Shown in pieces: positions 12,238-25,734 of a DNA stretch of 64,000 nt. The notes below the pieces were generated by a model that worked only from the letters and a program-made list of their open reading frames with translations, ran no database searches and had not been told where the DNA came from. This DNA is from Octopus bimaculoides (Eukaryota): assembly GCF_001194135.2 (NCBI RefSeq), contig NC_068992.1, positions 13,768,984 to 13,832,983 of the forward strand, read 5' to 3'. The position numbers and the translations under genes are program-made. How positions within the stretch are numbered: the first letter of the stretch is position 1; each line of letters opens with the position of its first letter.

Positions 12238-12843
12238 TATTCTTTTCTCATCTAGGGACAAGGCTCGAAATTTTGGGGGAAGTTTATCGACTCCGAAAGG
12301 ATGAAAGGCAAAGTCGACCTCGGCAGATTTTGAACTCAGAACGTAACGGCAGACGAAATACCGCTAAGTATTTCGCCCGTCGTGCTAACGTTACTTATTT
12401 CTTTATTGCCCACATGGGGCTAAACATAGAGGGTACAAACAAGGACAGACAAAGGGATTAAGTCGATTACATCGACCCCAGTGCGTAACTGGTACTTAAT
12501 TTATCGACCCCGAAAGGATGAAAGGCAAAGTCGACCTCGGCGGAATTTGAACTCACAACGTAGCAGTAGACGAAATACCACTCAGCATTTCGCCCGGTTA
12601 GCTAACGTTTCTTATTAATTTAATGCCCACAAGGGGCTACACACAGAGGGGACAAACAAGGACAGACAAACGGATTAAGTCGATTATATTGACCCCAGTG
12701 CGTAACTGGTACTTATTTAATCGATCCCGAAAGGATGAAAGGCAAAGTCGACCTCGGCGGAATTTGAACTCAGAACGTAGCGGCAGACGAATTACCGCTA
12801 AGCATTCCACCCGGCGTGCTGTCGTTTCTGCCAGCTCTCCACC
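12238..12843 (-). mobile_element. SINE family A head-to-tail trimer (A1 12611-12843, headless A1 12394-12610, headless A2 12238-12393)
   Basis: Three copies of the body (GAAAGGATGAAAGGCAAAGTCGACCTCGGC on +). Reverse-strand junctions read AATAAG|AAACGTTAGC and AATAAG|TAACGTTAGC. Only the rightmost copy has the GG.GAGCTGGCAG 5' end. Confidence 0.95.
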
Positions 12844-12917
12844 TTATAAAGGCCAGGCTATTAACAGACCACCTACCAAAACATTGAACGAGTGGTGACG
12901 TTCATTTTTGTAAATAA

Positions 12918-13176
12918 CTGAGATCGTAAGTTCGATTTCTGGACCGAGCTGTGTGTTGTGTTCTTGGTCAAGGAATTCTATTTTGCGTCGATCCAGTTCA
13001 ATCAGATGTAGAAAAGAAATGCGACGTCAGTGGGGCAAAGTGGTTTCATCTTGCCTATCCTCTGGACAACGTTGGTGATGTGAAAAGGAGTGAACGGCAT
13101 GCATGGGAGACTGCTGGTCTTCCATAAAACAACCTTCCCTGCTTCGTAGGGGAATTTACTTGATGCAAACTCATGG
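12918..13176 (+). mobile_element. SINE family C (CORE-like), 5'-eroded
   Basis: GATCGTAAGTTCGATTTCTGG..GTTGTGTTCTTGGTCAAGG..CATGGGAGACTGCTGGTCTTCCATAAAACAACC; homologous to 27227-27540. Confidence 0.75.
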
Positions 13177-13448
13177 TTTGTGTGTGTGTGTGTCTGTGTG
13201 TGTAAGCGTCTGTTTGGGCGCGCGTGCGTGTGTGTGTTCCCACTTAATCAGTGGAACTTGAAGTACATAAAGCTACGCATAACAGGATGTAAATATTGGA
13301 CTAAAAATGATAGGGGTAACAAAATACGGAATATCATTCGTTTTTATTTGTAGCTTTACCTACTTCGACTTCCACAGTTCAAAACATTATTATTTCAAGT
13401 TTCTCAAACTTTGTATTTCCTTATGACGTAAATACACACACACGCAAA

Positions 13449-13467
13449 TAGATCGATCGATAGATAG

Positions 13468-13516
<49 letters not shown>
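13449..13516 (+). repeat. Compound (GATA)n(GA)n(G)n microsatellite
   Basis: Direct reading. Confidence 0.95.
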
Positions 13517-14313
13517 AGATAATTGCATACACAATACATTTTGTATGATTATTACTGTATTTCCTGTGTTATAATTGCATAAACTGCCATTTGATGAGGT
13601 GTCAGTTTGTTTATTTCACAGAGGCGTTCCACTTACTTTACTGTTTGTTATCAACACACCCGTAGATCGCACCGTAACCATTCCACCTTGGTAAAATTAC
13701 AGTTATCACGATAATATCGACTTTTGATTAAATGTATAAAAGTTTAAGTGTAACCTTTCATCTGTTTTATTTTAGTCTTCTGCGTGCGTATGTTTATGTG
13801 TGTATATATATATGTATGTGCATGCGGGCGCATGTGTGTGAATTCGTGAATTAGAGAGAGTGGGTGTGTTCGTAGAGTTTCACCCTTTTTTAATGTTTCT
13901 TCTGAGATTCTCTATATTTGAAAGACAACGAAATAATATTCAAAACAAAACAGGAAAACGATGTAAAAACAGGAAATATTCACTAAATATAATGAAGAAA
14001 TAGAAGAGAATATAATATATAAATAAAAGAAAGAATGATAATAAAGAGTCACAAGAGTCAAAAGAAAACTATCCACTTCCTGAGTATTTTTTTTCTTCTC
14101 TCAAACTGTCCTGAAATAATACAGGCTTTCTGTTTTTTTTTCAAATTTGCATATCTATTTCTTTCGCTTTGTTCACTGTTTATATGCGTATATATGTACA
14201 TGTGTTAGTGGAAATATATATGTGTGTAAATGTGTATGTGTGCGTGTTTAGGGTTATTTGTATACATGTATGTATGAATATATGTATATAGAAGTTTGTA
14301 CATGTAAACACGC

Positions 14314-14364
<51 letters not shown>

Positions 14365-14959
14365 TATGTATACATATATATATATACGTGTGTATATGCA
14401 TCAATGAATACGTGTAAATGTGTATGTATTTTATTTCTGCCTTATCGGAATATCAGTAAATGAAAGCTATTTTTGAAACGTATCATGAAAGGTTGATCGG
14501 CTTAGACAACGACACATCAAAAATCATAAACAAGTTAAAAATATTCAGAAAGCTTAAAGAAAATACGTGTGAAAATGAAAGAAATTACAAAGAATATTAA
14601 GATAAAGTAGGAAAATATATCGAGAGAAATTTAAAACAAACAGACACATATACACCGAAATATACACGCATGTACACATACAACCAAAAAGACTAAAAGA
14701 AAGAAATTTAAATTTGAAATCAATATTCAGAATAGATATTTTTTTCCCTGGTTGCATATGTTTGGGTGCAAGATTCCTGAATGCTGCATCTCTGAAAACA
14801 GAAGCAAGGAAAAGAAAGAAAATATAAGTGTTGGTTTAGTTTTCAATGTGTAAATTCACGCATAAATGAAGAATTTCAAAACAATGCATCATATCTTTGT
14901 TTAGAGTAGAAAAAATACAGAAAGGTATAGCAAAATATTTTCTTCTTTCTGTGAAGAAT

Positions 14960-15115
14960 ATCGATTTCTTTATATTGGAGCATAGCCAGAAATATGTAGG
15001 GGAAGTGTAGAGTCGATTAGATTGATCTCTATACATAACTGGTATTTATTTTATCGGCCGCAAATTGTAGGCATGTATAATACACCTCGTTGCTATTTGA
15101 ACTCGGCAACTGAAA
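14960..15115 (-). mobile_element. Highly degenerate family A SINE
   Basis: GTCGATTAGATTGATC..ACTGGTATTTATTTTATCGGCC..ATTTGAACTCGG aligns with the reverse family A body. Confidence 0.5.
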
Positions 15116-15662
15116 ATGCAATTTTAAAAATTAGTTGCTCTATTGCGTTTCATTTACACTGAATTCAATGCGTTCTCTCTGAGCGAGATATCGATTTTGT
15201 CTTCGACAGAATTTTGTACTCGACTTAATCGATTATTTCTTCTGACTGGTTGTTATCTATGAGAACCTATATGTACGCATACATTCACACACGCACGCAC
15301 ACATCTATATATATATATATATATATATATAAATATACACATACACACATATACGTTTATACATGTATGAAAATGTTTATGTATGTATGTATGCATGTAT
15401 GTATGTATGTATGTATGCTTGTATGTATGTATGTATGCACGTATGTATGTGCATATGCACATACGAATGTACGTATGTTTCAAACAACAGTGCGCGTGAT
15501 GCAAGTATTTTAAAGGTTTTGAAGTTGTGATACTCAGCAGTTTTCTCATTCATTATGACAATGCTGAGGGCAAGTATGGTGGTGGTGCTTTTTCACTTCC
15601 TATCTTCCGCCGAGAGAGAGAGAGAGAGAGGGGGGGGAGACAAACAGACAGACTGAGACACA

Positions 15663-15955
15663 GAGATGACGCTGGATATCTTTCAGCGAATAGAAAGAAT
15701 ACACTAAACTTTGCTTCCAAGGTGAAGGCACCAAAAGTTACAGGAGATTTAAATAGAACAGTATACAAACTCCATGTAGGTATGCTGGATATCAGTATGA
15801 GTTCCTTCTGTGTTCTCGAGTACATTAGGCCAAGCTAATACCACCAGTTTCTGTTGGTTGCTGCTTTTTTGCCTTCGTACTATGTGCTGTTGGAAACACT
15901 CTTGTTTAATGCAGAAACCAATGCTAGGTCAACACACAACACATTTTATTTGGAT
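15663..15955 (+). mobile_element. Possible RTE-type LINE RT fragment (motifs 5-7)
   Basis: DDAGYLSANRKNTLNFASKVKAPKVTGDLN (cf. ADD.ALLS...K.GL..N) and LLETLLFNAET (cf. VESILLYGSETW). Weak similarity. Confidence 0.3.
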
Positions 15956-15959
15956 ATGG

Positions 15960-16390
15960 AATACGATTAATTATATCGGCCATGAATGTTCTGCGCCTTG
16001 TAGCTTTAGATCTTTTTCAGCTTCTTTCAAACTTGCGAGGTGTCCATTTAAAAGCGGTTTTAGAATCGATTTCTTCTGCTAACAGAAGTATTTAACATGC
16101 TAACTTTAATGCTCTTTCCCTTATAATTTCGCTGAGAAAGTGTCTGCTGGTTCTTTTCAGAATGTTTGCATTTGTTATGCGGTCGTACAAGTACATTCTT
16201 GGAATCGTTCTGAAGAACCTTTGATAGAACACATCAATATTTCTGTGTATTCTTCCCGATATTCTTCGATGTCTCACTGATAGTAGCGACCTGTCTACGA
16301 GTAGTGTAGAAATGAACCTAGATTCAACTAATGATGCATTCAGTAAAACGTAGGCGGGATCAATAAACACAGAACAAATCAAAAACTGAC
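15960..16390 (-). mobile_element. RTE-clade LINE C-terminal fragment
   Basis: ORF 16092-16382: NIDVFYQRFFRTIPRMYLYDRITNANILKRT...LSEIIRERALKLAC, continuing in another frame as AFKWTPRKFERS*KRS (cf. post-RT LDVF..R.LR.I..I.W.D.ITN...RERRL.WAGH...W.P..KR.RGRP). Confidence 0.8.
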
Positions 16391-16419
16391 GATCTCAGGT
16401 ATCTCTATAATCAAAGCAA

Positions 16420-16900
16420 GTATGAAGTGTGTTGGAAGGCAAGCACTGGCCACCGTCTGCAGGCTTACTTACAACAAATCAAACTGGTTCTTGATAAAAC
16501 AAAGCTACACACCACAAAACGTGACAACTATTCTTTTCCAATTACAAATTATCGAACTGATGAAGATTGGTTCACTCGACATAGAAAATGTTCAAAATGC
16601 CTTAACAAATTCAAAAATCAAACAGAAGTGCAACGTCAGGAAACAATCCGGCTAGTATCTGGGAAATTTTAGTCTTTCGCAGACAACTTTTGGACATTTT
16701 TAAAGAGACATATAAAAGAAAGAAACCAAAATCTTTCATAAAGTTTTCAAATATTCCACTCACAGAGAAAGGTGATCGCTATCTTCAGAGGAATTACCAG
16801 TCATCACTACTAGCTAAGCAATTCAACATATATGAAAGTAGCAGAGCTCAATCTTTAGAAAGAATTCGGAAAGTAATTCGACTTGGAGAGAAATTACTCT
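16420..16900 (+). mobile_element. RTE-like LINE RT N-terminal fragment, opposite orientation to adjacent piece
   Basis: KIGSLDIENVQNALTNSK (cf. F..EE...AL...K..KA) followed by NIPLTEKGDRYLQRNYQSSLLAK (cf. IIP.PKKGDL....NYRGISLL). Confidence 0.7.
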
Positions 16901-17280
16901 CTTCTCATATCTTATTTCAGGCCTCATTCTTTCAGATTCTGAAATAAGGTGTCAAGTCCGTTGCCAATCTTCCTTCGCTAAACAGTTAAATAAATAACAC
17001 CACACGGCCTGAAATATAGAAATATTCCTTCAAAATTTTAGTTCTAAATTCCCGCTTATAGTAAATGGAACGTTGATAGTTTGCATAATTGTGTTTCGAT
17101 GTACTCAATCAGAGTCGACAAGTGATTAAAAGTAGTTATAAATTGTTCGGGCCAAGTTATCAAGAAAATCTTTCGAAGGGTCATCTTTCCTTCCCTCATA
17201 CCTAACGATATATTTCATCATTTATTCTGCCTAGTTTCCCTTCCACAATATTTCTATTACGTTTTCAATTCAAAAGCGCG

Positions 17281-17310
17281 TTCGTACACACACGCACACA
17301 CACACACTCA

Positions 17311-17396
<86 letters not shown>
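17281..17396 (+). repeat. (CA)n + (GATA)n microsatellite
   Basis: Direct reading. Confidence 0.95.
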
Positions 17397-19064
17397 CGCA
17401 AACAAATAATTTTCCTTATGGGTAAATATAAATACAGACTCGTATATATGTGCTTGTGTGCTTAAAGTATGAAGACTCTATTTGTTACTTCATTTTTGTT
17501 CCTTTGGCATCGTCCTCAGTGGCCTTATTTCCAAACGATGCAGCTGTAGTAAGGTGGGCTTCCTAAACCTAGAATAGAATGCAAAGTGCCGGAGGAGATA
17601 ATGCAAGCCATCTTACCTGATTCTCTAATATTTCAGTAGCACCTTTGCTTTGGTTACGTCATTTATTGATCGTGTGTGAGTAGACAAGTTGCAAGAGAAT
17701 TGAACTGTGAACGCAAAAAGCCGGATTATAAACTACAATATATTCTATCCATCGTTCTAAAGACTTCGACAATAGTTTCCACACAATTATTTCTTCAGGC
17801 AATGGTACTAATCCGCCTCTCAGCTTTTGATTCGTGATATGACAACGAAAACAAAAACTTCAAATAATTATCTTAATATCCACGGCGCGTCTCTGTTATC
17901 AATGAAACGTGTTATTTTTTTTCTGTATTCTCTTTTATACCAAAATTTACATTTAGAAAATTATATGCTGGCGTATCATTGTCTATGTGTTCGCTTATCT
18001 CGTCTAGTGTATGCTTACTTGTGATTCATCTTCACTGTATATATTTGAAAGAAGTCATAACTGATATTTGATAAAAGAAAACAAAAAATGGTAGATAAAA
18101 ATATAATCCACGGAGAGTGGTGCTTGTCTGCGTCTGTTAAAATTGTTTCTATTGATATAAAAGTAAAATTATTTAAGTCGGTATGCCACTTTGAATGAAA
18201 ATCACAAACGTTTCGGAGACAAGTCCATTATCGAAGATAAACTAAAGTATTAGTCTAAACAGAATAGGAAGAAGAGCGAAAGGGAAAGGAACAGAACCTG
18301 ACGTAGTGTAGATGTCATTGAATTGTCTTTGTGTAGTAAGGATTTGACTGGAGATGGAGAAGGAGAGAGAGAGAGAGTGATCAACAAAGAGGAGAGAAAT
18401 ATGACGAATTGTTCTGGATATAAACAGAAAGAATATTCGACAGGGAGATGTGGTGAGATTTTAAAAAATGTAGCTGCAATAAAAAAGAAAACAGATACAG
18501 CGAAGAGTACGCTGTTTCAGTTCGGAGAGAAGTTGAAAATGGGAGATTAATCTAAACGGGAAGCATGCAGAAGAACAATATGAAATAGGCTGAGAGCCAG
18601 TAAGAAAACAGAATATTGATGTGAAGATGTAGAGCAAATGAAATAAAAATTACAGGTTTACATACCAACTCATATGTACAAATATCAGAGATGTGGTTAC
18701 ACAGAGAAGTAAATTCATGTATACGTGTGTGACTGAATTTAACCATTGACGAAGAAAATTGTTTGTATGCCTAAGAGGATGGAATTAGAAAGAGTATGAT
18801 GTGTTAATGTAACAGGAGTTCACATTGCTCTGTTAGTATGTCTTAAATGCACGAGGGAAAATCCATTCAATTCGACAGACGTAAACAATATTTTAAGCAA
18901 CCATAGGGACATAACGAATCGATTTCTGCATGTACCCACAGGCGACGATATTTACGTTGAGCATTCGCTGGTACCGCATGTATATATTGTGATGCATATA
19001 CATGCCTGCAGACACACATATAGACACGCTCATACACACAGATATGTACATACCTGTATATATA

Positions 19065-19121
<57 letters not shown>

Positions 19122-19812
19122 TAAAAGCATTTCTACGTTTGTGGCTCTTTAAAATTTCACCAAATAAGATTTACCTGACAAATCTCCGAAATCGATGACA
19201 GATATTTGAAACTCATTCTGAAAAATCGGGTTAGTAACACAGACTGGCGACAAAATACGAAGCGAATAGTGTTTTTCATAGAAATTTAATCATCCTCTTT
19301 CTTTTATCATCTCATCTTCGTATCAACAAATTGTTCTAGCGATAACCTGATTTACGTTTCAATTACTTTTGCATTTGTTGTAGTATTTTATTTTTAACTG
19401 ACAAAGAAATTTTGTAATTTAATTTCATTGTCGTTTCCTTTAATTACTCGGTGGAATCTAAGACGAACGCTGTTGGTCCGGATTATTCCTTTCAGTGTGA
19501 CGAATTGTCACGTCTGATTCAATGAATTAAATTTGACTTGTACAAGTGACTTCCTGTCACGTTTCAAATCATTATTCAAATGTAGACATATCTATGACAC
19601 GCACATCTATATACATTCATATATACAGAACATACATACATACACACACGCTCACATATTTATCTAAATACATTACATATATATGTGTATATGTGTGTAT
19701 GTGTGTGCGTGTGTGTGTATGCATACATAAATGTAAGCATATATACGTGTGCATCTAGTATACATACCTCCATGTGTACTTATGATTAAATACGTGTATA
19801 TATCATCTGTGC

Positions 19813-19862
<50 letters not shown>

Positions 19863-20593
19863 GTATGTATGTATGTGTGTGTGTGTGTAAAATTTTGATA
19901 TTTTGATTTTTCATATGAGAAGAATTTTCTGAAAAGCAAGAGACCATGTATTTCTGGGGACTCAATCGAATAAGTAAATTCAAATTTAATATAAAATTTA
20001 ATTTTCTCAGGACTTCAAGATAGACTCGAGTCTTTAAACCGCCGTTAACGATAAATCTCTTCTTTGTAATTTAAGTATTAAGATAAAATAGCAAATTCAT
20101 CTGAAGAAAACAGTTTAAAGTGCTAAATTACAACTCTAGTTATAATTTTTTTTAGTATCAGAAATTCGAACATGTTATATAATTTAAGACTAAATCTTTT
20201 ATAATTATACTTGAAATTTAATGAATGGAATGCAAATAGGTAAAGAAATGAAATATATTTTCCGTAAGGGAGAATTAGAGAACGGTCAAATTAAGTAATT
20301 AAATCGAAGTGAATAATTTCTATTTAAATCATTCGCGCCGAACAGAAAAATATAGAACTGGCAATTTGTATGTTCCATTCATACAAAGTACGTTGGTGTA
20401 AGGATTCATAAGTGTCTATTTTCGTTTTTGTTTTGTTTTGTTTTTTTGTAATCAAGTGTGTGAGCGCGTGAGCGCGTGCGTATTATTTTGTTCTAAATTT
20501 ACGGTACTTGTAAATAATTCAAGCATTCGTATTTTAACGATAAAAATATTCACTTCAAACATTACTATATTTGGTATAATCCGTCGATATATT

Positions 20594-20634
<41 letters not shown>

Positions 20635-20852
20635 NNNNNNNNNNNNNNNNNNNNNNNNNNNNNNNNNNNNNNNNNNNNNNNNNNNNNNNNNNNNNNNNNN
20701 NNNNNNNNNNNNNNNNNNNNNNNNNNNNNNNNNNNNNNNNNNNNNNNNNNNNNNNNNNNNNNNNNNNNNNNNNNNNNNNNNNNNNNNNNNNNNNNNNNNN
20801 NNNNNNNNNNNNNNNNNNNNNNNNNNNNNNNNNNNNNNNNNNNNNNNNNNNN

Positions 20853-20902
<50 letters not shown>

Positions 20903-21674
20903 CATACAGGAAAAGTATAGGTTTCAGGGAGAATCGTGTATTTCGTGGATATCCCTAAACTTCAAACAACCAGATGACGATATTTGAGCTAACAGCTCTA
21001 CTGCCAATTTTACTAATAAAAATGGCAACTGTAGATGTAACAGAACGAATCATTTTGTGAGAGAAGAGAGTTTTTGGATAGTAATTAAAATGTGTTGCTG
21101 TTAGTGACGTCCATGAGTTTATTCTCGTGTTCCGACGCTTTTCCGATTTCTTTTTTCAATCCACCTATTTACGACCAGGAACGTATAGCTGTAGACATCT
21201 GCTGCAATTACAACTAATGTTAAAGAGAGATAGCTGAAAACCGGTGGCCATAGACAAGTTGAAAAATAAAAATGAAGAATAGTAAACAGCAACAGTGACA
21301 GGTACTAAATCACATATCATCAGTGGATATTATTTTGCGAACGCAACTAGGAAATAAACATAGCAGTAAATTGCTAGGGTGAGGACGAGAATAAATATAG
21401 GAAAAACAAGCATGAAAAGATCAGGTTTAATGGTATACATAAAAAAAACACTGAAAGAGACATATTCCAAACTTGAAAGGAAGAAAATATTGCATTATCT
21501 GTGGAGTGGTGTTATGCGAAAAAGATGATTTTATAATTAAAACAGTAAAAAAAATCATTAAGATTTTGAAGGCCAAACAGTCTTACTTCTGTGTTTGTAA
21601 ATATGATTAGCGTACCAAAACACTTCTATCTCGAGCAGAATAAAGAGTGATGGTATATATGAGTACGTGTTTGG

Positions 21675-21722
<48 letters not shown>

Positions 21723-22069
21723 TGTGTGTGTGTCTACGAGCGCAGGTTTTTGTTTTAATCGCAAGTATAAAAATCTGAAATTTACGGGTCAACGTAGGGT
21801 CAAACAATTTCTATCTATCCATCTATTTCGTATTGATAGATGCAAATATTCTCTCTATAAACACAAACGAATTTTATAGCGGCCAGAAACGATATGGTTC
21901 ATGAGAGAGTTCCACATCCCTCAAATTTTATACTATTAAAAATCACACATATGTGGACACCGTTAAATGCATTAATATCAAAATAAACAAACCTTTAGAC
22001 GTTCAATGCATTTTCAACGTCATCTATTGCTTTAATACAACAGCTTGTCCAAATTTGTACGAGTAATCG

Positions 22070-22277
22070 TTTATTCTTTTATCATTTACCTTGTTCCAAT
22101 CATTTGACTGCAACTATGCTGGAGTACCGCCTTGAACTTATTTCTTAAGCATACTACTTGTTCTATCGTTCTTTTTCGCCGACCCGCTATGTCACAACGA
22201 TGTAAGCACATCAACACCGGATGTAAAGCGATGACGAGGAGCAAACACAGACAGTCACACACACACACACATATAGC

Positions 22278-22312
<35 letters not shown>

Positions 22313-22410
22313 AGGCTTTATTCGACTCGAGGCTATAATGAAAGAAACTTGGCTATGGTGCCACGCAGTCGATCTGAACCCGGGACCATGTGGTTGGGAA
22401 GCCAGCATCA
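22070..22410 (-). mobile_element. SINE family D (OR2-like, CORE-containing) with internal microsatellite
   Basis: On +: CATTTGACTGCAACTATGCTGGAGTACCGCCTTG...(CA)n(TA)n...GAGGCTATAATGAAAGAAACTTGGC..GAACCCGGGACCATGTGGTTGGGAAGC; homologous to 26383-26709 and 46026-46400. Confidence 0.85.
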
Positions 22411-24954
22411 TATATTTATATATATATGTAAATAATATATACATATTGTATTACCTTTCTGAAAACTGAAAAACAGTATTATTTAAATATGAAGAATAAA
22501 TAGAAGACACTGAAAACTGGGCTGCATTTACTTGCACAATAGGAAATAAAGAACAAGAATTTGTGAAACTGAAAACAAAATTGAATGAAAATACAAAAAA
22601 AAATGAGCATTAAAATAACAAAATTAGATGAAGTAATTAGAAAAACATTTTATATATATATATATACATATACTGGCTATACATATATATTCTTTTGGTT
22701 GCAATTACCGTAAAGCGATTGACACTTAATGGAAAAGGAAAACTTGACTTTATGTCATAGGTGGATTCAACCCTTCATGTGATGTAAAGAATTTTTGTCC
22801 TATATTCTCCGAGTTGATAAATACACGTGCAACTATAAAACCGGTAATATAATCTAACAGAATGTGTTTTTATTACTGATAATTATTGGTACGCTCATGC
22901 GTGTTATGGTTGGAAAAAATCATTGATTTTGAAACAAGTATTAACGAAAGACATAATTAGAAAAGAAACACATATTTTGTTATCTACACGACAAAATTAC
23001 AAAATATTCTTGAAGAAAGGAAGTATGGCTGAATTTCTCTCCGGGGTATAACGGGTGCATCAAAAGTTAAGTATTAATGAATAAAAATGTCTTTTGAACC
23101 AGAGAATTTCTAGCCAAGAAACCACCTTTATATGGAGAATTGATTATAACCAAATCTCCCAGAAGAAATTTGAAGCCGCTAATACAAACTGCGTTATTTC
23201 TCCAATATTTGCCTTTAATAATTTGATTTACGATTGGAATAATACAAGAGCTTTTAATTTAATTAGCTGTTTTCCCGAAGCGGTTCATTAGGTGAAAGTT
23301 AGATATGCCCCTGGGTTCTATTTTGGTTGTCAAATAGCAGCGAAGAATTTTTGTTCTGACTACTAACCCAATAAATATGATTTAGTTTTGTTGATTCATT
23401 TTAATTTGGATCTGTGGATTGCGAATGAAATATCAAAAAGAGAAGCAGCTATATACGTTTTGACATGTGCCATCATGGTAGGTGTCAAGAGTATATAACC
23501 GACTCATAAACGATCGCACTAGATTATTTATATACACACAAAAATTCATTTTATTCTGTCATTTAATATGGAGAAATGCATAAATTCATTTTTCATTGTT
23601 AACATATTTCGTTTTAATCTTGGATAAATTTATAGCTTCAAGTTCAGCCAATGTTTGTGAGAATTTTATCAAATATATATGTTTGTTTTTGTAAACGAAA
23701 AAAAAAACCAGAACCAATTTAATTAAATAACTACCAAATATTATATACCAGAAAAACGGCTCAATGTGAGAATGTGAAATTTTAAAGTTCTGTCAATACA
23801 TGTAGGCGTTCAATTCATTGTTTGATTCTTTCCAAGCTGTCATTAAAAAGTACGTTTTTTCCCAGCTTAAACTGCAGGAGCTATACAATCATCATTATAT
23901 TGTCTAATACACAAGATTATCTATAAAGACACAGTTGCTGCAAAATGTTACTGGTTAGCAGTACGACTATGGAGAAATGTATATCGAATCAAGAACTTTC
24001 AGATGCTTATCATCTTACAAACACAAAAAACATTAAGCTTGTTAGGAACAGTATTCCGTTTGTAGAACAAATATAAGTAGAGTGAAGTGAAGCCACTACT
24101 TTTCTGAATGAATGTGAAAAACGATTTCGAGGAAGATATGTCTGTAATAACTGGATGCGTTACACATGTCGAATCAGTCTGAAATTACTTCATATGTTAC
24201 TACTTTTTCTTTTTCTTTTTTCTACCTTTTTAGTTACATTTTCTCCCTGACCGCAGACCAATAGCATTCCACGACCTGAATGTCTCAATTCAGACAATAT
24301 ACATGTCCAAAGATACATTATGCTTCTTTCTCATGGGGTACTGTATAATTTTTCAATGTTCGCAGTATTAATGCTCAGAAAACGCAGGGAGTTTCGATAA
24401 TGAATGTCAAAATAATTGAAATTATATATATAATTTTGTCCATTGGACAGGAATCTTTAATGATATGATATCTGATATGAACCAAAATCATTTAATTCAG
24501 GCATGTAGACGATTCACATCTCGCACAGACGCAGTTATTGATGTTGAATGTAGCGGCATAGCAAAATGTTATATAATCTATTTTATATGTACAATTGTTC
24601 ATTTTATTAAGTTCTTTCCTGTTGTTATATGGATGTTTTTCTAAGCAAAAACAAATTTGTCCTCAAATACTTTGCTCATTTATTCCGCCCCAGCGGGCGG
24701 TTAATTTGTATTTTGTACGGGTCGCTGCAACGTCATTATACAGTTCAGGGGAAGCTACTCTGACTTATTTCAAAATGCGAGTGCATGACGTGGTAACTCT
24801 AGCGTAAAAGGTGTTTTTACCGAATTCAATATTCCACTATTCTCTGGTCATTGAGTACTTGCTCTTCGGATTGCTATCCAGCAGCGCACTTTAAACACAG
24901 AGAATATGTGTGCGTCTGTGCGTGAGTATGTGTGCATGTATGTATGACTGTGTG

Positions 24955-25004
<50 letters not shown>

Positions 25005-25734
25005 TGTATGCATATATATATGTATATGTATATGTATATATACGTAAATATATATCGCAGTGTACATTTTTGATTTTGTTTCTTTATGCGTAAATGTATC
25101 ATATGCTTATTCTATTCGACATAATGTACAAAGTTGCGAGCAATTTGTACTTATGTCGATAATATTGAAGCTAATATTTATTTAACTACAATTTATGTAA
25201 AATAAGGAAGTCGTATCGGATATTAATTTTGTATGAATGTTACGTTCTGTGGAACATATAAGTTAATAGCGTGCTATCACTTTGGAAGGAATGAGGACAG
25301 GAAGTCTGGATATAATTAATGGAAAATAATAGCGAAAGTTATAAAGCTTACAATATTTATATATTTAAATATTCAATAGAAAAACTTCCATCTTCCACCG
25401 ACGAAGATCTTGCAAAACATGATTTTAAAAGAAGGCTGTTGACATGGGATTCATTGTCAAGTGTATAATTGGATTAAATATTTAAAAAATCAAAGTAACA
25501 CTTTGCTACCATTACTTACAATATGAAGCTAATAACCCCAAAATGTTTGAGGCATCGAGATGAAAAAATGTATGATACAGTTATACGTGAAGGAGAAAGA
25601 AGTGAAGAAAATGATAGGGGACCGAGAGCTATTGGTCTGTTGCGGGAAGGATAGAAAATTACAATATATTAATGGTACGTACATTCCAGAGATTTTGAGA
25701 CATTTTGAAGAGAGACGTTAATTAATTCCAAAGA

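Noticed and set aside
13657-13668. CACCCGTAGATC, resembling the 5' end of miR-99/100
   Set aside because: The match stops after 12 nt and there is no complementary star arm nearby.
24257-24400. Strong polypyrimidine tract/acceptor followed by open frames
   Set aside because: No convincing donor and no recognisable peptide.
24685-24700. GC hairpin CCGCCC-CAGC-GGGCGG
   Set aside because: No CTRR end at Helitron spacing and no other support; a 6-bp stem can arise by chance.
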